Assembly: GCA_965225945.1 (NCBI GenBank)
Contig: CBDDBZ010000032.1
Location: 256,001 to 320,000, forward strand
Reading direction: 5' to 3'
Length of the DNA stretch: 64,000 nt
Origin: Alphaproteobacteria bacterium
GTDB lineage: Bacteria; Pseudomonadota; Alphaproteobacteria; GCA-2731375
Positions within the stretch are counted from its first letter, which is position 1, and every line of letters starts with the position of its first letter. The notes under the pieces are model-generated. The model was not told where the DNA came from. It was given only the letters and a program-made list of their open reading frames with translations, and did no database searches. This document shows, piece by piece, positions 42,701 through 51,484 of the stretch. Position numbers and translations under genes: made by a program.

Positions 42701-43053
42701 CGGGCCACTTCGCCGAGGCGAGATTGATACTCGACGAAGCGCTCGCCATCGTCGCCGAGACCGACGAACATTGGAGCGAAGCGGAATTGCTGAGGCTGAC
42801 GGGCGAGATCGAAGCGCGGGACGACGCCGCCAGGGCGGAGACGACATTCCGGCGAGCCCTGGATATCGCTCGAAGCCAGCATGCGAGGTCATGGGAATTG
42901 CGGTCCGCCACCAGCCTCGCGCGTCTTTGGCGCGAGGAAGGGAAAGCCGCGGCCGCCGAGACTCTACTCCGACCGATCCATGATTGGTTCACGGAGGGCT
43001 TCGAAACACGAGACCTGCGAAATGCAAGGACTCTGCTGGACGAATTGTCCTGA
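39721..43053 (+). CDS. SAM-adenylate/guanylate cyclase-AAA(STAND)-TPR protein
   Basis: SAM (WLQSLGLEKY, LGHRKKLL), FCDLVGST, GETPNLAARLQ, GEAGIGKS, EDVHWID, FKHALIQE, WELRSATSLARL. Confidence 0.93.
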   Translation: MSGDIEQWLQSLGLEKYATLFAENDVDLEVVPELSDDELKELGVSLGHRKKLLKAIAALKQGSGAVADAGAPSARPVAERPRAEAERRQLTIMFCDLVGSTELSARLDPEDLRDIMRRYQDSVAGAVTRYGGYVAKYLGDWVLAYFGWPQAHEDQAERAVRTGLDAVAQVESIRLDGGSSLRARVGIATGRVVVGDLVGDAASDEEAVSGETPNLAARLQAVAEPGRVVIGPATRRLIGPAFDLEDLGLLTLKGFPRAIAAWRVVGESAAESRFEAAHADSLTRLVGREHELALLRERWELAKGGEGQAVLLSGEAGIGKSRIVRAVRELVGDDRHYRLRYQCSPYHANSAFHPIIQRLERAAGMTGEDPVEVKLDKLEALLGLSAVDLKSIASLFAALLSLPAKDRYGTLDLTPGQRRNQTFAALVGQVLALSRQRPVLFVMEDVHWIDPTTQDFVGEVIAQVADAAVLVLVTHRPEYVSQWTGFPHATSLALNRLSREQAAGIVEAIGGAKLDDAVAERIVARADGVPRFVEELTKSVLEASETAGQPIAADAIPATLQASLTASLDRLDEAKRIAQMGAALGREYSHELIAAVSGETEPNLGSALDRLVDAELVFRTVTTRNTIYTFKHALIQEVAHESMLKSRRTELHRRIAETLETMFPAIVETEPEVLARHYSMANMVDPAIAYWRRAGELSVEASANSEAASHFENALGLLASLPEGDGRDELELELRIALGGPLLMTRGHGAPEVGETYLRARELCAKLGNSPQIVPALFGMWRFYIGRGDCTITRDLGRQLLELGERADDMPAIVLGHYGLGFSLFCYGDLKEARVQLEDGYKLYDRNMRDDLSFRLGQDPGVACLSYCALALWVLGYCDQAKHTTQKALTLAEELSHPFSSAYALSLACQVYQHRGEVDELRKVSEAAISISREQGFSVWIASPTIFRGWVRAQQDNAIEGAQEAHDAVQIVAAGMEMRRPYYLALVAECHLSAGHFAEARLILDEALAIVAETDEHWSEAELLRLTGEIEARDDAARAETTFRRALDIARSQHARSWELRSATSLARLWREEGKAAAAETLLRPIHDWFTEGFETRDLRNARTLLDELS

Positions 43054-43064
43054 GTCGCTTCTTT

Positions 43065-43103
43065 GCCGGCGCCGCGGCCTCGCATTGGGAGTTCGCCTGG
43101 TAG
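43065..43103 (+). repeat. Second copy of the SMP-30 gene 3' end
   Basis: 35/39 identical to 39415-39453, including the stop codon (AGAAxSHWEFAW*). Confidence 0.85.
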
Positions 43104-43210
43104 GTGGTGGCGGATCCGCTCCCCCGCATCCCCGAGGGACGCCCGTCCGCGATCGGACCGGTAGCAATTCGAGCTGTCCGACGTCGCCATCGCCGGCTCA
43201 TGCCCTCGCC

Positions 43211-43405
43211 CTATTCGGATTTGATGAGCGTCTTGAGATAGGCCCTGTCTTCGGCGCTCCAGGCGCCGGGATCTTCAGCGTGGGCGAGCGCGGCATGGAG
43301 TTCCATCAGCTTCCACACTTCGTCCTCCGTTTCGGCGATGAAATGTCCCGGGCAAGCCTCCATCCCGGGATAGTCCCTGCAGGCGTATGCGTATGTCTTG
43401 GCCAT
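43211..43405 (-). CDS. DUF1059-like small metal-binding protein
   Basis: CRD...C...AETEDEV...HAALAH pattern; GGAGG RBS. Confidence 0.8.
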   Translation of the reverse strand: MAKTYAYACRDYPGMEACPGHFIAETEDEVWKLMELHAALAHAEDPGAWSAEDRAYLKTLIKSE

Positions 43406-43439
43406 GGCTTCCTCCGTCGGGGTCTCGAAACGGCGTCGA

Positions 43440-43844
43440 TCAGGGGAACTCGGTGTACTTCTTCAGTTTTTCGTCCAAGACCACCCAAGGGAGGCGGTGA
43501 TCGAGATAGACGTTGGTGGTGGGTTTCGCGACGCCGGGGTCGTCGAGCGTCGCCGACAGGACGCCGATGTCGGTCCAACCCTCTCCGCTATAGGTGAGCG
43601 AGGTGCCGCATATTTGGCAAAACCCGCGTTCCACGCCGGGCGAGGACGCATAGGTCGTGATCCGCCCCAGAGTGGCCTCGAAATTCTCCGGCTTCACGCC
43701 CGACCAGGTCGCGAAACCAGCCCCGATGGCACGCTGGCAGCTTCGGCAATGACAATGCGCCGAATAGGTCGGCGCGCCGCGGAGCGCGTAGCGGACCGCG
43801 CCGCAGAGGCAGCCGCCCGCATGGATTTCACTGCTATCCACCAT
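43440..43844 (-). CDS. GFA (CENP-V) family protein
   Basis: GGCLCGAVRY, HCHCRSCQR, RGFCQICGT. Confidence 0.92.
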   Translation of the reverse strand: MVDSSEIHAGGCLCGAVRYALRGAPTYSAHCHCRSCQRAIGAGFATWSGVKPENFEATLGRITTYASSPGVERGFCQICGTSLTYSGEGWTDIGVLSATLDDPGVAKPTTNVYLDHRLPWVVLDEKLKKYTEFP

Positions 43845-44032
43845 GTCCTCGAACTCCCGAGGAAACCAACCCGCATCCCGTGGCCGCATCCCGTGGCCGG
43901 CGCGCGAATGCCGAACGATCAACCAAGGAATATTTACACCCGCTGGACAGGCGAGCGATCGCTCGGTTCGCCGCTTTCATTGACATTATTCATAAAAACT
44001 TGGCCCAATGCAAATCGAAAATACTTTCAATA

Positions 44033-44049
44033 TGTAAGATAATCTTACA
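44033..44049. promoter_or_regulatory. Palindromic LysR-type operator
   Basis: TGTAAGAT-A-ATCTTACA (contains T-N11-A), 1 bp before the LysR ATG in the divergent AT-rich region. Confidence 0.65.
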
Positions 44050-44050
44050 G

Positions 44051-44923
44051 ATGATCTGGTCCGACCTGCCCTCGCTCGGCAGTCTCAGAGCCTTCGCCGC
44101 CGTGGCGGACGCGGGCAGCTATACGCGGGCGGGCAGCGCCTTGAACGTCAGCCACGCGGCGGTGAGCCAGCAGGTCAAGGCATTGGAGGAACGGTTGGGT
44201 GTCCCCCTGGTCGCCCGGGAAGGGCGCGGGATCGTCCTCACCGAGGAGGGCGAGAGCTTGGCTCGAGATATCGCGACCGGTTTCGCCGCCATCCACAGGG
44301 GTGTCGAGGCCCTGACCGGGACCGATACCCGGCGCCCCGTTCAGGTCACGATGTCGCCCGCCTTCGCCGTGCGATGGCTCATGCCCAGGATCCTCGATTT
44401 CCAGCAGCGCCACCCCGAGATCACCTTGATGTTGAACCCGACGGCGGAGGTCGTGGAGTTGAAGCCGGGCGGCATCGACCTGGCGATCCGCTATCGCGAT
44501 GCCCACGGGCCGAAGACGAAGGTCGATCCCGTTCTGATCGCCGACATGGTCGTGGTCGCAACGCCCACGCTGCTCGGTGCCCGCGAGATCGCCGATCCGG
44601 CGAGGCTCGTCGAGCTGCCGTGGCTGCAAGAATATGGCACCAACGAAGTCGCTGATTGGTTGGCGCGGCACGGGGTCACCTCGGAACGTCCGCTCATGAT
44701 CACCCACATGCCCGGGAATCTGATCATGGACGCGGTCCGACGGGGCGACGGGATCACCTATACCGCGCGTCCCTGGGTCGCGGAGGAACTCCGAAGCGGC
44801 GAGCTCGTCGAGTTGTTTTCAGACGAGGCTTTCGGGACCTACTACATCCAAACCCGTCCAGGCGTGCTGAGGCCACCGGTGAAGACATTCGTCGAATGGT
44901 TGAAGCGGCAGGCGGCGACATGA
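44051..44923 (+). CDS. LysR-family regulator (GcvA-like)
   Basis: LPSLGSLRAF, SHAAVSQQVKALE, WLMPRI, DLAIRY. Confidence 0.93.
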   Translation: MIWSDLPSLGSLRAFAAVADAGSYTRAGSALNVSHAAVSQQVKALEERLGVPLVAREGRGIVLTEEGESLARDIATGFAAIHRGVEALTGTDTRRPVQVTMSPAFAVRWLMPRILDFQQRHPEITLMLNPTAEVVELKPGGIDLAIRYRDAHGPKTKVDPVLIADMVVVATPTLLGAREIADPARLVELPWLQEYGTNEVADWLARHGVTSERPLMITHMPGNLIMDAVRRGDGITYTARPWVAEELRSGELVELFSDEAFGTYYIQTRPGVLRPPVKTFVEWLKRQAAT

Positions 44924-44968
44924 ACGACGCCCATGTCTTCAGAGGGCACTTATGAGCCTTTCGAGCGC

Positions 44969-46192
44969 CTAGCCCGAGGCCGGCGCCGTGGCGGCCGCGC
45001 GGGTCTCGGCGATGCGGCGGCGCGCAATCAGCCAGAGTAGCGCCACCAGCAGCGGCGGCCAGAGTTGCAGCGTCGTCGCCGTGGCGATGATCCAGAAGGC
45101 CGGCGCGGCGATCCAGGCCCCCATCGCCAGCCAGCGCTCGCCCGGGAGCCAGCCGCCGTCGCGTGCCGCGAGCGCCAGCCAGAGCAGGCCCGGCGCCATG
45201 ATCGCCATGTCGTAGAACTGAACGTAGGGCGAGGAGAAGGGGATCGCCAGGATCAACCCCGCCGCTTTCACCTCGAAGCGGACCCGCCCGCGCCAGAGCC
45301 AGGCGACGAAGACGACCGCGCCGGCGAGGCCGATCAGATGCGCCCCGTCGGCCACGCCTTGTGAGAGCCCCCAGAGCTTCGCCTGGGCATAGGGCGTCGA
45401 CACGCTGTAGAACAGCGTCTCCGGGTTGGTCAGCAGCCAGCGCATGAAGGGGAAGCTCTTCGGATAGGCGAGCCAGGGCTCGATCCCGAAGGCGGCGAGG
45501 CTGGCCAGCGCGAAGAGGATCGTGCCTAGGGCCGAGGCGGCGAAGAGGCGCCAGTGGCCGCCGGCGATCAGCGCCACCGGGATCAGCAGACCGAGGCTCG
45601 GCTTGTAGCTCAGCAGGCCGATGCAGAGGCCGGCGAGCCAGGGCCGGTCCCGCGCCAAGGCCAGGCCGCCCGCCAGCAGCGCCGCCGAGAGGCAGCCGTT
45701 CTGGCCGGAAAAGATCGACAAACCGACCGCCGGATAGAGCAGCACCAGGATCGGCGTCCAGGGATGCGGCGCGGTCCGGTAGGCGAAGACGAGCAACAGC
45801 GCGAGCGTCGCCGACAGCCAGGCCGCGAGGGCCACGCCGTAAGGCATCGCCGCCAGCGGCCAGACGAGCAACAGCGCGCTCGGCGGATAGGACCAGCCGT
45901 GCTGCCAACCCTCGAGGGACGTGTTCCCCGCCTCGACCTCGAACAGCGCCGCGGGGTCGTAGGCGAGTTCCGGCCGGCCCCGGAGGATGAGCTCGGAAAC
46001 CGAATAATATTGCGTGAAGTCGACGCCGATCGGGTTGCCGGCGCGACCGACGCCGTCCGTGCCGCTCAGCGTGTAGTAGGAGCCGAGCAGCAAAAAGGCG
46101 ATGGCGAGCTGCAGCAGCAGAATCGCCATCACGCGGGGAATGCCTCGGACCGGCGGTGACCATCGTGTCGTTGCGGAGGCGCTATCCGTCAT
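44969..46192 (-). CDS. GT87/DUF2029 membrane glycosyltransferase
   Basis: GVDF, YPP, GQNG, YKP, SPY..FYD motifs; polytopic. Confidence 0.88.
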   Translation of the reverse strand: MTDSASATTRWSPPVRGIPRVMAILLLQLAIAFLLLGSYYTLSGTDGVGRAGNPIGVDFTQYYSVSELILRGRPELAYDPAALFEVEAGNTSLEGWQHGWSYPPSALLLVWPLAAMPYGVALAAWLSATLALLLVFAYRTAPHPWTPILVLLYPAVGLSIFSGQNGCLSAALLAGGLALARDRPWLAGLCIGLLSYKPSLGLLIPVALIAGGHWRLFAASALGTILFALASLAAFGIEPWLAYPKSFPFMRWLLTNPETLFYSVSTPYAQAKLWGLSQGVADGAHLIGLAGAVVFVAWLWRGRVRFEVKAAGLILAIPFSSPYVQFYDMAIMAPGLLWLALAARDGGWLPGERWLAMGAWIAAPAFWIIATATTLQLWPPLLVALLWLIARRRIAETRAAATAPASG

Positions 46193-46208
46193 CCCGGCGA
46201 GCGGCGCT

Positions 46209-47075
46209 TCAGCCCTCCAGCTCGGGCAGCCCGCCGCCGCCGAAGAGGCGCGTGGCGTTGCGGAAGGCGATGTCCTCGGCGATGTCGCGAGGAAGCTGGC
46301 CCAGCCAATTGCGGTGATCGGCGACCAACCCCTCGTAGAACACCCAGCGGCCGTTGACGTAGGTGTCGGTGCCGATCATCACCCGCTTGCGGTGCTTCTC
46401 CAGGAGCGCGCGCCAGCGGGGCGCGAGCGTGCCGCCGGGCGCCACGTCGCCGGCCCGGAACGATAGCTCGGTCACGACGGTCGGGTTATTCGAGAGCAGC
46501 GCGTCTATTATCTCCGCCGGTTCGCTCATTCCGGCATGGGCCCAGAGGATCTTGACCTCGGGCGCATAAGCCAGGATCCGCTCCACCGCCCGGTGACCGG
46601 AATGGATGTGGAGGTGGATGTCGTGCTTCAGCGCCAAGCGGACGACGCCCTCGACCACCGGGCTCTCCGCCACCTCGACCTCGAAAAGGTGGAATTCGCC
46701 GATGCCGACATAGCCGCCCTTGTCCAGCCGCGCGCTGAGAAAGCCGAGCATGCCTTCGTCGCGGTACCACTCGGCGGCACCGACGCCGTCGCGATAGGGC
46801 CTGAGGACCGGGGCGAAGCGCTTCGGCGCGGCCTGGGCGAGCTTCAGCGTGCCCTCGTCCGGCGTCGAGGAGACCAGCGCGCGGGCGACCCCGGCGCGCG
46901 ACATCTTCTTCAGAATCCCGGGCGCGTCGAACTCCGCCCAGGCCGCCGCGCTGTAGTGCATGTGGGTGTCGAAGATCGGCGGCACTTCCCCGGCCCCGGC
47001 GCCGCGCCAGGTGATGCAGGCGGCAAAGCCGAGGGCCAGGAGGGCGAGGGTGGGGCGGGGCGGCGAGGTCTCCAT
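46209..47075 (-). CDS. Exported amidohydrolase-family protein
   Basis: Signal peptide; FDTHMHY, GIGEFHL, WAHAG, IGTDTY. Confidence 0.85.
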   Translation of the reverse strand: METSPPRPTLALLALGFAACITWRGAGAGEVPPIFDTHMHYSAAAWAEFDAPGILKKMSRAGVARALVSSTPDEGTLKLAQAAPKRFAPVLRPYRDGVGAAEWYRDEGMLGFLSARLDKGGYVGIGEFHLFEVEVAESPVVEGVVRLALKHDIHLHIHSGHRAVERILAYAPEVKILWAHAGMSEPAEIIDALLSNNPTVVTELSFRAGDVAPGGTLAPRWRALLEKHRKRVMIGTDTYVNGRWVFYEGLVADHRNWLGQLPRDIAEDIAFRNATRLFGGGGLPELEG

Positions 47076-47082
47076 GGCGGCG

Positions 47083-48306
47083 TCAATCGATTAGGGCCTG
47101 GCTCACCAGGACGCGGAGTTCGCGGCGGATCGGATAGCTCGACGACGGCACGAGCTGGGTCAGGAAGATCACCTGCAGCTCCTCCACCGGATCGATCCAG
47201 AAGGCGGTGCTGGCGAGGCCGCCCCAGTGGTATTCGCCGGCGCTGGTCGGCACCTGGGCCCGGATCGGGTCGATGACGACGGCCACGGCGAGCCCGAAGC
47301 CGATGCCCTCGTAGCTGGTCTCGCTGAACACCGGCTGGCCCATCTGGGCCAGATCGCCCGGCAGATGGTTCCGGGTCATAAACTCGACTGTCTTGCGGCC
47401 GAGGATACGCCGGCCCGCGAGTTCCCCCTTGTTCGCCAGCATCTGGCAAAAGCGGTCGTAGTCGGCGAGCGTCGAGACCAGCCCACGGCCGCCCGATTGC
47501 AGTACCGCCGGCTTGGCGAAGCGGCTGCCTTCGGCGCCATCGTAGAGTTCCGTGCCGCCCGCCGGCGCCGGCGCATAGCAGGCGGCGAAGCGATCCTCCG
47601 TGCCCTCGATCAGGCTGAACCCGGTCTCCGCCATGGCGAGGGGCTCGAACACCCGCGCGCGCAGCACGGCGTCCAACGACGCTCCCGCCAGCACCTCGAT
47701 CAGGCGGCCCAAGACATCGATCGCGACACTGTAATTCCACTCAGCTCCCGGTTGGGCAACCAGGGGGACGTTCCCCAGCCGATCGACCATCTCCTCGAGG
47801 GCGATGGCGCCGTCCGAGCGGGAGAAGTCGATTCCGAGCGCCTCGTAGCGGGCCTGCACCGGCGGCGGCACGGCGTGGCCGTAGGCCAGGCCCGAGGTAT
47901 GGGTCAGGAGATCGCGGATGGTGATCTCGCGCGCCGCCGGGACGAGCTCCAGTGCCGCCTCGCCACCGACGTGCACCATCATCTCGCCCAAGGCGGGGAT
48001 GAATTTGGCGATTTGGTCGTCGAGTTGGAACCGTCCCTCCTCGTAGAGGCTCATCAGGCAGACCGCCACGATCGGCTTGGTCATCGAATAGATGCGGAAG
48101 ACTGTGTCCTCCCGGAGCGGCTTTGCCGCCGCCGTGTCCGCCAGTCCCGCCGTTTCCACATAGGCGAGCCGTCCGCGTCGGGCGACGGCGACCAGGGCGC
48201 CGGGCAGACGGCCATCGTCGACATAGGCCCGGAGCCAATGGCCGATCCTATCCAACCGTCCTGACGACAGTCCGACCATCTCCGGGCTCACCTTGTCTCG
48301 CAACAT
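47083..48306 (-). CDS. Serine hydrolase (class C beta-lactamase fold / family VIII esterase)
   Basis: YSMTK (SxxK), LLTHTSGL, WNYS, WGG. Confidence 0.92.
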   Translation of the reverse strand: MLRDKVSPEMVGLSSGRLDRIGHWLRAYVDDGRLPGALVAVARRGRLAYVETAGLADTAAAKPLREDTVFRIYSMTKPIVAVCLMSLYEEGRFQLDDQIAKFIPALGEMMVHVGGEAALELVPAAREITIRDLLTHTSGLAYGHAVPPPVQARYEALGIDFSRSDGAIALEEMVDRLGNVPLVAQPGAEWNYSVAIDVLGRLIEVLAGASLDAVLRARVFEPLAMAETGFSLIEGTEDRFAACYAPAPAGGTELYDGAEGSRFAKPAVLQSGGRGLVSTLADYDRFCQMLANKGELAGRRILGRKTVEFMTRNHLPGDLAQMGQPVFSETSYEGIGFGLAVAVVIDPIRAQVPTSAGEYHWGGLASTAFWIDPVEELQVIFLTQLVPSSSYPIRRELRVLVSQALID

Positions 48307-48316
48307 CCGGCCGGCC

Positions 48317-49003
48317 TCAATTCAATTCGTCGCTGCTCAGGATGTGTAGCAAGCGGTAAATCGCGCCCTGCCGGCCGCTCGCGGCACCTTGGCCGGCGAG
48401 GGCGGGCTCCGCCAACTCGGCCTCCAGCAACGCCTCCAGCGGCGCCGGCCCCATCGCCTCGACCAGCACCACCCAGTCTGCGACCTCGTCCGGCCGGTCG
48501 CGGAGCGCCTTCTCCTCCGTCTCGACCCGGCTCGCCGCCTCGTCCGCCCGCAGCAGATGGGCGCCGACGATCGCTGGGCGCCTCGCCAGGTCGGGCAGCA
48601 CCGTCTCGCTCAGCACCGCCGCCAAGGCAGCGTCGCCGCCGCTCGCGGGGGAGAGCCGAACGGTCAGCAAATAGCCGCCGGTTCCCTTGCCGTGGCTGGC
48701 GGCGATCCGGCAGAGCGTGCGGTTCGAGTTGCGGAAGCCGCCGAGCGAGGCCTTGGTCCAGGGCGTCGGATCGTTCAGGCGCTCGAGATAGGCGGGCGAC
48801 GTGAGGGTTTCGGGGCCCGCCGTCTCGTACATGTTGAAATACTCAGGCGCGCCCAGATGGGCCCGGTAGCGCCGGCCGCGATGAAAGCCGGGAATGCCCA
48901 CCCGCTCCGCCATGTGCTCGAAGCCGTGCCAGTGGTTGTAGTCGTCGTCGTCGCCGACGAAGTCGTGCCAGAACACCATCGCGCCCGCGCCCAGCAGCGT
49001 CAT
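48317..49003 (-). CDS. Conserved hypothetical protein (DUF4286/EthD-like)
   Basis: YNHWH..EHMAERVGIPGF..GRRY, YLERLNDPTPWT. Confidence 0.7.
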   Translation of the reverse strand: MTLLGAGAMVFWHDFVGDDDDYNHWHGFEHMAERVGIPGFHRGRRYRAHLGAPEYFNMYETAGPETLTSPAYLERLNDPTPWTKASLGGFRNSNRTLCRIAASHGKGTGGYLLTVRLSPASGGDAALAAVLSETVLPDLARRPAIVGAHLLRADEAASRVETEEKALRDRPDEVADWVVLVEAMGPAPLEALLEAELAEPALAGQGAASGRQGAIYRLLHILSSDELN

Positions 49004-49039
49004 CTCCTCGTCCTTCCGATTCCGTCGCCGGAGTTCGCC

Positions 49040-49375
49040 TTACGGCTTTTCCCACTTCATCGGACTTGCGCCGTCCGAGCGCCAGGCCGGTTCGGCAGTC
49101 AGCGCATCGCGAATCTGGACCAGTTTGTCGCAAATATCCAAGATCGCCGCGAGCACGCCGAAGCTCAACGCGGCGGCTATCAGGCCCACCAGGCCCCCGA
49201 TGACCGCCCGCGCCACCCGCATCGCGCTGCCTTCGGCGGCCAGTTGCTCGACGCCCGATTGCGCGAAGTAGGGATCGAGACTGCCGGAAAACCCGAACAG
49301 CGCGCCGAAGGCGACCAAGGCGATGGTGCCGAGGACGACGAAGACGCGGAGCAAAAAAACGAGTAGTGACATCAT
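49040..49375 (-). CDS. Hypothetical two-TM membrane protein
   Basis: GGAGAGG RBS; two hydrophobic helices. Confidence 0.6.
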   Translation of the reverse strand: MMSLLVFLLRVFVVLGTIALVAFGALFGFSGSLDPYFAQSGVEQLAAEGSAMRVARAVIGGLVGLIAAALSFGVLAAILDICDKLVQIRDALTAEPAWRSDGASPMKWEKP

Positions 49376-49425
49376 GGTCCCTCTCCCTTGCTGGTGAGTC
49401 GCTATCGGGTCGCCCATCCTATGTG

Positions 49426-50876
49426 GGGGATGTCCCGGGCTCTGTTGAAAAGCTGAAGTAGGCGTCGTCCGCCTGGAGCCGCTAGGCTCTGGGTGCTGAT
49501 TCCATCAAGGAGAACGACGCCATGACCAAGACTACACGCAACGACCGTTCCTCGGAACCATCCTGTCGGCTCTTGCCATCGATGCCGGAGGCCTTCGACG
49601 ATCTGCGCATGAGCGTCGATCGCTTCTGCCTTTTGGCGGGCCTCGAGTCTTTGAACGAGATGATGTCGGCGGACGCGGAAGCCTTGTGCGGTTCGCGCCA
49701 CGCCCGCTCGGGCGAGCGCAAGGGCCATCGATGGGGCACGACCCGGAGCGAGATCGCCTACCACGGCGGCAAAGTGAAGGTCGAGCGCCCTCGGGTGCGG
49801 GACTTCGCGGGTCGGGAGATGAGCCTGCCGAGTTGGGAGCTGCTGTCGGAACCCGAACTCTTGCAAGCCTGGGCGATGAATCTGATGGTGATCAACGTCT
49901 CGACCCGCAAGTATGCCCGCGCGGTGCGCCTGCCGGACGATGCGGGCGGCGATCTGCCGGCGGCATCGGGTGACGCAACCTCGAAGTCGGCGGTCTCGCG
50001 CCGTTTCGTGGCGTTGACGCGAAGCAAGCTGAAGGCCTGGCTGGCGAGCCCGCTCGACGATCTCGATCTCGTGGTGCTCCAGATCGACGGGCTCCATGTC
50101 GGCGATCACCTGATGGTGGCGGCGATCGGCATCGACACCGGCGGCGCGAAGCACGTGCTGGGCCTGGCCGAGGGCGCGACGGAGAACGCGGCCACGGTGC
50201 AAGCCATGCTCGACAACCTGATCGAGCGCGGTCTCGATCCCGAACGGCCTCGGCTCTACATCGTCGACGGCGCCAAGGCGCTCTCGAAGGCGATCCGGCG
50301 GACCTTCGGGCGGGCGGCGGCCCTCCAGCGCTGCCAGGTGCACAAGGGGCGCAACATCACGGACCGGCTGGACGAGAGCCTCCATGCCGGCGTCAGGAAG
50401 GTCTTGCGGCAGGCCTGGCAGCGGGACGACGCGGCCAAGGCCGAACGGCTCTTGCGCAACCTCGCCCGCCGTCTGGAGCATGACGCACCCGGCGTCTCGG
50501 GCTCGATCCTGGAGGGCCTGGACGAGATCCTGACCGTGATCCGGCTCGGCCTCCCGCCGCAACTTCGACACTCGCTGGCTTGCACCAACGCCATCGAGAA
50601 CGCGATCGGCACCGTCCGGACGGTGCAGCGGAACGTCAAGCGCTGGCGCAACGCCGAGATGGCGCTGCGTTGGACCGCCGCCGGCCTCTTGGAGGCGCAA
50701 AAGACCTTCCGCCGCCTCAAGGCCTACCGCCAGCTCCCCGTCCTTGACGCCGCCCTGCGGGAGGCGGTGAGAAAGGCCGGAGCAAAGTCCGTCATTGAAG
50801 ACATCGAGGTGGCCGCGTAGCCTCTCGATCAGACGATGCCTATCTCGCACTTTTCAACATTGGGCGGGACATCGCC
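49426..50876 (+). mobile_element. IS256-family element (second type)
   Basis: TIRs GGGGATGTCCCGGGCTCTGTTGAAAAG and (rc) GGCGATGTCCCGCCCAATGTTGAAAAG; no TSD. Confidence 0.9.
49522..50820 (+). CDS. IS256-family transposase
   Basis: VSTRKY, QIDG, IVDGAKAL, QRCQVHK, TNAIEN. Confidence 0.95.
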   Translation: MTKTTRNDRSSEPSCRLLPSMPEAFDDLRMSVDRFCLLAGLESLNEMMSADAEALCGSRHARSGERKGHRWGTTRSEIAYHGGKVKVERPRVRDFAGREMSLPSWELLSEPELLQAWAMNLMVINVSTRKYARAVRLPDDAGGDLPAASGDATSKSAVSRRFVALTRSKLKAWLASPLDDLDLVVLQIDGLHVGDHLMVAAIGIDTGGAKHVLGLAEGATENAATVQAMLDNLIERGLDPERPRLYIVDGAKALSKAIRRTFGRAAALQRCQVHKGRNITDRLDESLHAGVRKVLRQAWQRDDAAKAERLLRNLARRLEHDAPGVSGSILEGLDEILTVIRLGLPPQLRHSLACTNAIENAIGTVRTVQRNVKRWRNAEMALRWTAAGLLEAQKTFRRLKAYRQLPVLDAALREAVRKAGAKSVIEDIEVAA

Positions 50877-51237
50877 GCCCCATGGTGGTGTACACGACAA
50901 TGAAATCGAGGCCGATCTCCTCCATGCGCTGGCGCAGCAGTTGCGGCAGCATTGCCGTGGCGCGGTCGGCGGTGTTGCGCATCGGCGAGAACCAGAAAGC
51001 CGGCCGCGTGGCCCGCCGGTCGCGGCGCTGTTCGGGACTGAGCGCGTACCAACCGGATAGCCCGCCGTCGCTCGTCATCTTGTTGAAGCGCTCAACCAGA
51101 TCGGCGCCCGCTACCCCTTTGAGATAGTCGAGGAAGACCGCGGTGAACTCCAACACATGGCCGTCACCGTCGATCACCGGATGATCGAGCCGGGCGCGCA
51201 CGTCGCCGCCCTTCGCATGTCCATGGGTTGAACTCAT
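50877..51237 (-). pseudogene. Amidohydrolase_2-family gene truncated by IS256
   Basis: LDHPVIDGDGH metal motif...MEEIGLDFIVVYTTMG, then the IS end; the remainder was not found on the other side. Confidence 0.8.
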
Positions 51238-51248
51238 CGGTCTCTCAT

Positions 51249-51262
51249 CCCCCCCCCCCCCC
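51249..51262. repeat. C14 homopolymer
   Basis: Direct count; 12 bp upstream of the amidohydrolase ATG. Confidence 0.85.
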
Positions 51263-51484
51263 AATAGTATTATTTTTTGTGTTTTCTCCTAAACCGAGAT
51301 TCCCCGGTTGGCCACTTGCGGCCACCGGTAGCATAGCGAAAATGGCGGTCGAAGGCGAATTCGGTCCTGATCTCTTGTCCGTCGGGCGTTTCTGTGGGAG
51401 ATGGGAAGGCCCGCGCCGCGCCCGCATGGTCCGGACCGTGGGCTATTCGGCGCGTCGGGCAGGGCAGGGTGCGAGAGAACAACG

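Noticed and set aside
47083-48306. Beta-lactam resistance gene
   Set aside because: No signal peptide, and WGG replaces the KTG triad, which points to a family VIII esterase.
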